NCBI GenBank assembly: GCA_035400625.1
Contig: DAOMZT010000004.1
Location: 1-32,000, forward strand
Source of the DNA: an archaeon
GTDB taxonomy: Archaea; Iainarchaeota; Iainarchaeia; Iainarchaeales; CSSED10-239
Direction of reading: 5' to 3'
DNA: 32,000 nucleotides
Positions 25,376 through 32,000 of this stretch are shown here, piece after piece (within the stretch, counting starts at the first letter, position 1; each line of letters starts with the position of its first letter). The translations under genes were made by a program, and so were the position numbers. The notes under the pieces are model-generated. The model saw nothing but the letters and a program-made list of their open reading frames with translations, had not been told where the DNA came from and made no database searches.

Positions 25376-27877
25376 TTAAATATTTAATTTTCTTAATAAT
25401 TGTTTTTTATTATTATAATAATCATTAACTATATTATTAAAATCCACACACTCATTTATTTCAGAATCAACTAACCACCAAAGTAATTTCTTGCGATTAA
25501 AAAACTCAGAAGTATTTATGGCTGATATTTCCAAATTGATTTTAAATTCAGAGTCTTCCTTTGAATAGAAGATTACATCATTGTCCTTTCCATTGCTTAT
25601 CTCTAATATCTTGGTAATTTGCAATTGTTCAATATTATTTACTTTTGTTCTTTCTAGATTTATTACAATTACTTTTCTATTAATTGCTTTTGCCTTTTCT
25701 GAATACTTTGGTAGCAAATCCTCTGTTAAACAAATCATTGAAAATTCATACCATTTAGTATCAAATAAATTTTCTGAAAAATTATCTAATATCAAATAAT
25801 CTGGTTTTTGAGAAATCATTTGAGAAATTATAGTTCTTTTATTAGAATCAATATTATCTAATAATAATCTCTTAACCCAGTTCTTATGTGGCAATTTAAT
25901 ATTGTCAAACGATTGTATGCTTGTAATTTTTTTATCAGGATAAAAATGAGCCAATGCCGAAATAAATAAATTTGCATCATCTCCAATTATTAATACTTGA
26001 TAATCCTCATCCATTGCTGTCCAAATATAAGAATAAATATCAATTATACCCACACCTAAATTTATTAGATTTACAGGTGTTAATGGTTCTTCCAAATTCT
26101 TTTTAATAACAAATGAAGACCTTTTATTGCTTTTGTCTCCTACAGAATATAACCCTTCAATTTTATAGCCATTTGGTAAATAGCCATTTATTGGTTGATC
26201 AGAACTTACTTTCAAACCCATTATTTTTGTTAAAGAAAGAATAAATTGATTTAATTTAAATAAATTATCAAATTTAAGATTTGTTTCCATTGCCCCATAT
26301 TTAAGATGATATACTATTATCGGCATATTTTCGCCAGAACAACTTACTTCTATAATATTCTTATCTTCTAAAATTATAGACAAAAAACCAAAACCTAAAA
26401 AATCCCTTTTAATAAAATTAAAATATAATTTTTTTTCTAAATCTGTTAAATCATAAGTTAATTTATCAATAGCTAAATCAAATGTTTTCTTAAGGTAATT
26501 ATTTAGATTTTGTTTATCTCCTTTATTTGAGATATAATTTGCATCAATAGAATTCAAAAAAATCTTTTTTATTTCAACATATATTTCTTCTTGAGAGTGA
26601 TTAAGCTCTGGTTGAATTACACTATATACTAGACCTTGAGACATCATATAATTTATATTAACAATAGTGAATTCGTCAATATTATATTTATCAGAGATAT
26701 TTATTTTATCAGTTTCAGATATTTGTGGTTTAACACTATAAACTTTAGTTATATTACTTGATTGCTGAACAACAGATGGTTTTTCTATAGTTTCTTTTGT
26801 AATTCTAGAAATTGCAGTTTTAGATAATGTTTTATCTCCTGAATCTTTTGGCAACATATAATCATAGGTTGTTTTGGGTAAGGCAATTGTTTGATTTGGT
26901 TTCTCTTCAATATGCGTTTTTATTTCATCACTATCAAAAACAATATCTGGAATAACAATTTCTTCAACATAATTGTCTAAATTTAGTCTTGATTTTTCTG
27001 ATTTTGCTTTCTTATGTTCTTTTTTATAATTATTAATATTATTTTCGACATTTTTGTTTGTATTGATTTTGCCATTATCTAAAACAAATGTAGGTTCCAT
27101 TATTTTTTTTCTAGGTGGTGTTTGTTCATATGTTGAATATCCTTTATTTACTACATCTGCAATATTTGTATCATCCCTAATAGAAAATATCTCAGGAACT
27201 TCAATTTCTTCAATTAATGCATAAATCTGATTAGCATTTTCTTTCTCTTCCTTATTTTGTTGTTTCCCAGAAAAGTGGGGTTCTGCTTTTTTAATCTTTT
27301 GCTGTTTTTTAACTTTTGCTTCAATGGCATCTAGCTTTGCATAAAGATTAGAAACTGCTGGCTTTTTTATTTGAATCTTTTCTATTTTTGGCTCATCGCC
27401 TAAAAAACTAATTGATTCAATAAATGGTTGTTCATCTTCTACTTTGTCTGTTTTTTCCTCAAGCGTAGCCAATAAAAAATTAATCTCGGGTGTGTCTTTT
27501 TCTACAATATTTTCTAAATCTGTTGCTGTCACTCTATCAGCAATATCTTGTAATCTGTTAGATATTACCTCCAGTCTTTTCTTTTCGATTTCCAATCTTA
27601 ATGCATTTTCAATATATTCTTTTGGAGTGATTGTTTCAATTGTGGGATAATTAGATTCTAAAATATCATTCGACTTTTCGTCTATATTACTTGATTTTTC
27701 TTCTTTTTTCTTAGATATGTTATGTAATTTTAATTTTGGGAGGGTTTTTACTTTGCTCTGATAGATATCAGGGGGTGTATTATCAATGGAAACATTAAAT
27801 TTCTTTGTAAGAGTCTTTTCTATTTTTTTTGGATTGGAATTATCATTAATCCTAGATAACTTTTTTAGTTCTACCAT
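25376..27877 (-). CDS. FlaI/ArlI/PilB-family (type IV filament/secretion ATPase) homologue lacking Walker A, Asp-box, Walker B and His-box residues, with a ~400-aa charged N-terminal extension
   Basis: Residues ~405-833 are colinear with archaeal FlaI: LVYSVIQPELNHSQEEIY, FIKRDFLGFGFLSIILEDKNIIEVSCSGENMPIIVYHLKYG, SSFVIKKNLEEPLTPVNLI, KLPHKNWV and KPDYLIL. The P-loop position reads IIGDDANLFISAL (nt 25955-25987). There is no GK[ST] anywhere in the protein. Confidence 0.8.
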   Translation of the reverse strand: MVELKKLSRINDNSNPKKIEKTLTKKFNVSIDNTPPDIYQSKVKTLPKLKLHNISKKKEEKSSNIDEKSNDILESNYPTIETITPKEYIENALRLEIEKKRLEVISNRLQDIADRVTATDLENIVEKDTPEINFLLATLEEKTDKVEDEQPFIESISFLGDEPKIEKIQIKKPAVSNLYAKLDAIEAKVKKQQKIKKAEPHFSGKQQNKEEKENANQIYALIEEIEVPEIFSIRDDTNIADVVNKGYSTYEQTPPRKKIMEPTFVLDNGKINTNKNVENNINNYKKEHKKAKSEKSRLNLDNYVEEIVIPDIVFDSDEIKTHIEEKPNQTIALPKTTYDYMLPKDSGDKTLSKTAISRITKETIEKPSVVQQSSNITKVYSVKPQISETDKINISDKYNIDEFTIVNINYMMSQGLVYSVIQPELNHSQEEIYVEIKKIFLNSIDANYISNKGDKQNLNNYLKKTFDLAIDKLTYDLTDLEKKLYFNFIKRDFLGFGFLSIILEDKNIIEVSCSGENMPIIVYHLKYGAMETNLKFDNLFKLNQFILSLTKIMGLKVSSDQPINGYLPNGYKIEGLYSVGDKSNKRSSFVIKKNLEEPLTPVNLINLGVGIIDIYSYIWTAMDEDYQVLIIGDDANLFISALAHFYPDKKITSIQSFDNIKLPHKNWVKRLLLDNIDSNKRTIISQMISQKPDYLILDNFSENLFDTKWYEFSMICLTEDLLPKYSEKAKAINRKVIVINLERTKVNNIEQLQITKILEISNGKDNDVIFYSKEDSEFKINLEISAINTSEFFNRKKLLWWLVDSEINECVDFNNIVNDYYNNKKQLLRKLNI

Positions 27878-27953
27878 ACCGATAACTGCACAAATATATT
27901 TATAGCAAATAATAAGTGCATTATATTTATAAATATATTTTAAGGCTTAAATT

Positions 27954-28688
27954 TTAAATAAAAGAAACAGCCAAATTACCTAAAAAAGAAAGCACATTAA
28001 AATAAGTAAGCGCTGCAATAACAACATAGGAAATTATTAGTATCAACACAAAAGGAACTAATGGGGAAACCCACACTTTTTCTATTTTATATTGTGTAGA
28101 CAACTTTTTTAATTCATATATTTGCTGTTCTGGAGAGCAATTTGGTCTTATTGTTATTTTAGAAACTACTTTATTATCTACTAATTTATATTCTTCTAAA
28201 GGGGTATAAAAATTAGTCAAACTATCCACATCTTTTGGAAAGCCAAAACTCATTAAGATTAAGCTTTCTCCTAATGGCTTATTTGGATAATTCCCTTTAA
28301 TTATATTGTAAATTAAAAATAAAACTGGGAAAAATAATGTTAGAACAGTAGACAATAAAAATACAAACGCAGTAAATAAAACAGAAATACCACTAACAAA
28401 ACTCATAGCCATTAAAGCAATAAGATCTCCTTCTCCAATATATGCATAAACCGTTATTTTTCCCAATACATAGATAATGGTTAAAAAAGCAAAAGAAATT
28501 GCAATCTGTAAGATGTACAGATATAAAAAGCCCTTAGCTATACCAAAAAAAACATTATATACAAAACCAATTACAGATATGATTAATAAAGGTACAATAT
28601 TTATTTCTCTGGTTTTTATATCTTGATATCCTAAAAAAATTAAACATATTAAACCTAAAAAAAACATGGGTAAAAATACAAGGTTCAT
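27954..28688 (-). CDS. Archaeal type IV prepilin/prearchaellin peptidase (A24 family, GxGD aspartyl protease; PibD/FlaK/EppA-like)
   Basis: Polytopic membrane protein carrying both catalytic-Asp contexts, LGYQDIKTREI and YIGEGDLIALMA, plus a soluble insert between the late TMs. Confidence 0.82.
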   Translation of the reverse strand: MNLVFLPMFFLGLICLIFLGYQDIKTREINIVPLLIISVIGFVYNVFFGIAKGFLYLYILQIAISFAFLTIIYVLGKITVYAYIGEGDLIALMAMSFVSGISVLFTAFVFLLSTVLTLFFPVLFLIYNIIKGNYPNKPLGESLILMSFGFPKDVDSLTNFYTPLEEYKLVDNKVVSKITIRPNCSPEQQIYELKKLSTQYKIEKVWVSPLVPFVLILIISYVVIAALTYFNVLSFLGNLAVSFI

Positions 28689-28690
28689 AT

Positions 28691-29692
28691 TTATCTCTTC
28701 TCTTCTTTTTCTTTAATATTTATTTTTTCTTCTTTTTCTTTAACTGGTTTCTTCTCTTTTGTTTTCTTCTGTTTTTTTGGTTCAATTGCAGTTTTAGTCA
28801 AATGCATTAAATCATTATATGCTTTTCTTTTTGTTATTCTTGCTGTTGATCTTTCAAATAATTGATCAGTATATTTTCCAGGCGGACCAAAAGAAATAAT
28901 TTGCTTTTTTAAAATCTTATTTAGTATTGCTTGATTTTGTAAAGTTGTATTGGTTTCATCAATTATTGATTTTGGCAAATCTATAGTCAAAACACCACTG
29001 CCTATTCTATCAACATAATCTGTACCTGAACCTGCAGTAACAAATTTTGCCATCTGCGCTAGCTTAATTGTTGCTGAAAATTTATAAACTAAATCATAAC
29101 TTTTCTGATCAATCTTTTGATTTAATTTATCTGCCATTTTTGAAATGCCTGCAACATTAAAGGCTCTGTGTTTTTGGATATACCATAAAAGATCCCTTAA
29201 TGTTTTTACAAAAAAAGAATCATACATATAATAAGTAATATAGCCCATCATTCCATTATAGCCCTCTACACCTACATTTTTTTCCTTTATAAATTTTTCT
29301 AGTCTTGATAACCCTAAAAGATAACTTGCTGAATTATTAATTAATCCAAATGGATGAGCTATCACGAAAAGATAATCCTTTCTCTCACACATGTCATAGA
29401 TTCTTCGCATTGAAACACTTTCTTCAAAGAAAACATTATAGCTATAAATATCTTCATTAGGTGCATAAACTAATACTTCTCCCAGATCTGTAGAAATGGT
29501 CATTCCAGGAATCAGAACATTTGCTTTTGGCTTTTCTTTTAACAAATCGAAATATGCTTTTTTTGGGTTTTTCTTTGCATTTTCTGTTATTGCTGTTCCA
29601 AGAAGATTATTTTTATTAACAAACTGCCAGTATCTTCTACTTGACTGTTTTCTTTTTAGAAATTGAGTGTTTAAATCTAAGTTACATATCAT
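28691..29692 (-). CDS. PHP-domain-like protein with most metal-ligand histidines substituted; Lys/Glu-rich C-terminal tail
   Basis: The PHP motif order is preserved but degenerate: DLNTQF (for DLHxHT), GTAITEN (for AITDH), IPGMTISTDLGEVLVY (for PGxEIS...H), VIAHPFG (retained), VEGYNG, and TAGSGTDYVDRIG (for GSDAH..G). The tail is KKQKKTKEKKPVKEKEEKINIKEKEEKR. This is a hand alignment of moderate certainty. Confidence 0.5.
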   Translation of the reverse strand: MICNLDLNTQFLKRKQSSRRYWQFVNKNNLLGTAITENAKKNPKKAYFDLLKEKPKANVLIPGMTISTDLGEVLVYAPNEDIYSYNVFFEESVSMRRIYDMCERKDYLFVIAHPFGLINNSASYLLGLSRLEKFIKEKNVGVEGYNGMMGYITYYMYDSFFVKTLRDLLWYIQKHRAFNVAGISKMADKLNQKIDQKSYDLVYKFSATIKLAQMAKFVTAGSGTDYVDRIGSGVLTIDLPKSIIDETNTTLQNQAILNKILKKQIISFGPPGKYTDQLFERSTARITKRKAYNDLMHLTKTAIEPKKQKKTKEKKPVKEKEEKINIKEKEEKR

Positions 29693-29702
29693 ATTTTATC
29701 TA

Positions 29703-30326
29703 TTATTTTAAATTTACTCTCGCATCTACTATATAAATCTCTTTTTCTGTTAAAATTACCGGGTTTAAATCTAGCTCTTGAAGATGTTTGTCTTTTGCCA
29801 ACTCGCATACCTTTTCTAGTAGCAAGATAAGCTTAGAGACAGGATAGTTCTTTCCTCTTGCAGAAAAAAACTTACTTACTTTTGTTGCATAAACCATTTC
29901 TTCTATTTCTTTTTTTGTTATTGGTAAAATCCTGATTGCTGTATCATCTAAAAGCTCTGTGTAGATGCCACCTTGACCAAAAACAATGACTTTGCCAAAC
30001 TGAGCATCATTGTTTATTCCAATAAGTAGCTCAAGACCCTTAACTTGCTTTTGAATAATTACTTTGCCTTTAACATTTTCTTTCTTTAGAACATTTTGAA
30101 GATTTTCAAAGGCATCTTTAAGTGCTTTTTTTGTATAAATGTCTGTATAAACTGCTTTACTTTCTGTCTTATGCACAAGAGATGAGCTAAGCTTAAGAAC
30201 ATACGGGAAATCAGAGAATTTATCTATATCTTTTTTGGAGATTGCTTTTGACTCCAAATATGAGATTTTATTACTCTTAATATACTTTAAAGAATCTTCT
30301 AAGTTTAACCAAGCCATTTTTTTCAC
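29703..30326 (-). CDS. Stand-alone ATP-grasp domain protein related to the beta subunit/domain of ADP-forming acetyl-CoA synthetase (ATP-grasp_5)
   Basis: FPYVLKLSS..VHKTESKAVYTDI, GLELLIGINNDAQFGKVIVFGQGGIYTELLDDTAIRILPI and ELDLNPVI match the ACD-beta pattern. No CoA-binding or ligase-CoA partner gene is adjacent. Confidence 0.72.
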   Translation of the reverse strand: MKKMAWLNLEDSLKYIKSNKISYLESKAISKKDIDKFSDFPYVLKLSSSLVHKTESKAVYTDIYTKKALKDAFENLQNVLKKENVKGKVIIQKQVKGLELLIGINNDAQFGKVIVFGQGGIYTELLDDTAIRILPITKKEIEEMVYATKVSKFFSARGKNYPVSKLILLLEKVCELAKDKHLQELDLNPVILTEKEIYIVDARVNLK

Positions 30327-30531
30327 TTTTTGTATAAAAATAATATTTAAAAACCCATATATACCTATAAATATATATATTATAAATATATCTAAATTCT
30401 TATAAAAGTTTAGATTCTAGAAATAGAACACAGGTTTTAAAATAATTGTGTTTAACTATTTTATTATTATATTTAAAATGTATCTAATTATAGACACATA
30501 TAACATACAAAAACAAAGGAGAGAAGATAAA

Positions 30532-31833
30532 ATGAAATTACATTGCCTAGGGGCTGGACAAGAAGTTGGAAGAAGCGCCCTATTATTAAAAGGCAAAGAC
30601 AACATTCTATTGGATTATGGTTTGAAACTTAATCCTACAACACATGTACAAGCAGATATGGAATTACCTGCAAAGACTGAGCACCCTAAAGCTATAAAAG
30701 AACCATTAACTGTAATTATTTTAAGCCATGCTCATCTTGATCATTCAGGGGCAATTCCATCACTTTACATAGATGCAGGCGCACCATTGTTTTTAACAGA
30801 AGCAACTTTAGAACTTTCAAATCTTTTATGGAAGGATACTCTTAAGATTGCAAAATTAACTGGAGAAGATTGTGGGTTTAAGCCTCAGCATGTAGATAAC
30901 ACAAACAACTCTGCATTCTATATAGATTACAGAGTGCCTGTACAGATTTCACCACACACAAAGATAACCTTTTTTGATGCAGGACATATCGTTGGTAGTG
31001 TTATGGCTCTTATAGAAACAGAAAAAAAGAAAATACTTTATACAGGAGACTTTAGAGCAACAGAAAGCCGGATGTTTAGAGGCTATGATAGAAGGCTTCC
31101 ACAAGTTGATGTTTTAATTACTGAGACTACTTATGCTGATGCACCACACCAAGACAGAAAAGAACAGGAAAAAGAACTAATAGATGATATAAAAGAAACA
31201 CTTGATAACAGAGGAATTGTTATTCTTCCTGCTTTTGCTATTGAAAGATCCCAAGAGCTTGTAAGTATTCTTGACAAACACAATATTAAAGTTCCTGTTT
31301 ATCTTGATGGCATGGCAAAAAAAGCAACAACTATTTTTGCACAATATCCAAACCAGTTTGTTGAATATGCAAGATTCAAAAAAGCAGTTGACAGAATTGA
31401 GTTTGTTAAAAACCAAAAAAAAAGAGAAAAAATTATTTCTGCTAATAAACCTTGCATAATCATAACAACCGCAGGAATGCTTGAAGGTGGGCCGGTCTTA
31501 GGTTATATTAGAGACTTAGGAGATGATCCAAGAAACAAAATAATTTTAACAGGTTATCAAGTAGAAGGCACAAACGGCAAAAGACTTTTAGATAAAGGAA
31601 AGCTTTACATTGATGGCAAGATTTACACGCCAAGAGCAAAAGTCACAAAACACAGCTTATCTGCACATGCTGATAAATCAGAATTACTTGAGCTTATAAA
31701 AAAAGTAAAACCAAAGAAAGTAATCTGTGTCCATGGAGATAAAGACATCACTTTTTATTTCAAGAATGAGCTTAAAAAACTTGGAATCAAAGCAGAAAAT
31801 CCTGCTGTTGGAGACATTATTGATTTGGATTAG
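30532..31833 (+). CDS. Beta-CASP / metallo-beta-lactamase ribonuclease, aCPSF2-like (no KH domains)
   Basis: MKLHCLGAGQEVGRSA, ILSHAHLDHSGAIP, DAGHIVGS, TETTYA and SAHAD...VHGD are the MBL plus beta-CASP motifs. AGGAG lies upstream of the ATG at 30532, and the track start at 30448 covers AT-rich promoter DNA. Confidence 0.9.
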   Translation: MKLHCLGAGQEVGRSALLLKGKDNILLDYGLKLNPTTHVQADMELPAKTEHPKAIKEPLTVIILSHAHLDHSGAIPSLYIDAGAPLFLTEATLELSNLLWKDTLKIAKLTGEDCGFKPQHVDNTNNSAFYIDYRVPVQISPHTKITFFDAGHIVGSVMALIETEKKKILYTGDFRATESRMFRGYDRRLPQVDVLITETTYADAPHQDRKEQEKELIDDIKETLDNRGIVILPAFAIERSQELVSILDKHNIKVPVYLDGMAKKATTIFAQYPNQFVEYARFKKAVDRIEFVKNQKKREKIISANKPCIIITTAGMLEGGPVLGYIRDLGDDPRNKIILTGYQVEGTNGKRLLDKGKLYIDGKIYTPRAKVTKHSLSAHADKSELLELIKKVKPKKVICVHGDKDITFYFKNELKKLGIKAENPAVGDIIDLD

Positions 31834-31847
31834 GGGTATATAAAAAT

Positions 31848-32000
31848 ATGGAAAGATTTTGTCCAAAATGTGGAAAGACAATTCCTGAAGAAAGAATGAT
31901 TAATAATTTCTGTTTGAATTGTTATATCGAAGACAATCAGGTAATCACTGCCCCAAAATTTGAAATCACATATTGCCCTAAATGCCAAAAACTAAAATAT
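31848..32000 (+). CDS. NMD3-family protein (N-terminal zinc-binding region), 3' end outside the window
   Basis: Hand translation gives MERFCPKCGKTIPEERMINNFCLNCYIEDNQVITAPKFEITYCPKCQKLKY..., the paired CxxC clusters typical of the NMD3 N-terminus. AGGGG lies upstream of the ATG. The ORF is open to the window edge. Confidence 0.7.
   Translation, partial: MERFCPKCGKTIPEERMINNFCLNCYIEDNQVITAPKFEITYCPKCQKLKY

Noticed and set aside
1-32000. Alternative genetic code or stop-codon reassignment
   Set aside because: TAA, TAG (rpl10e, P-type ATPase) and TGA (the methyltransferase-like gene at 8012-8014) all coincide with the expected ends of genes. No conserved gene shows an in-frame stop.

Overview
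This is a compact, AT-rich segment (roughly 30% G+C by eye) that looks archaeal. It carries archaeal-type TyrRS and GluRS, ribosomal protein L10e/uL16, a beta-CASP aCPSF2-like RNase, NMD3, a GxGD archaeal prepilin peptidase and a FlaI/PilB-family homologue. GGTGA/AGGAG Shine-Dalgarno-like motifs precede many starts, and TAA, TAG and TGA all end conserved genes, so the code is standard. Small genes, many diverged enzymes and surface/adhesion genes suggest a DPANN-type reduced genome; that is inference only. From left to right the window holds these elements. (1) An edge-truncated secreted metzincin protease with Ig-like repeats, which is missing from the ORF track. (2) tRNA-Ser(GCU). (3) A MacB-type ABC operon with one ATPase, two different FtsX permeases and an embedded surface protein. 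(4) tRNA-Thr(UGU). (5) A SpoT-like HD hydrolase and a methyltransferase-like gene. (6) A ZIP transporter followed by a glycan-synthesis run: a GT-C enzyme, a processive GT2 synthase with QRLRW, an orphan membrane protein and a Dpm1-like GT2. (7) A P2-type ATPase, a HAD hydrolase and an MBL hydrolase. (8) GluRS, TyrRS and a thioredoxin-fold protein with SGPS in place of CGPC. (9) Two unlisted micro-ORFs, a zinc ribbon and a 33-aa Lys-rich peptide. (10) NDK, a Trm11-like methyltransferase and L10e with a 21-nt tandem-repeat tail. (11) DUF192. (12) The most unusual locus at 25.4-30.3 kb: a FlaI/PilB-like protein with all nucleotide-binding motifs erased and a ~400-aa charged N-terminal extension, downstream of a tight ATP-grasp / degenerate-PHP / prepilin-peptidase operon. 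I saw no CRISPR array, transposase, integrase or rRNA. All family assignments come from motif recognition and hand alignment, not from database searches.
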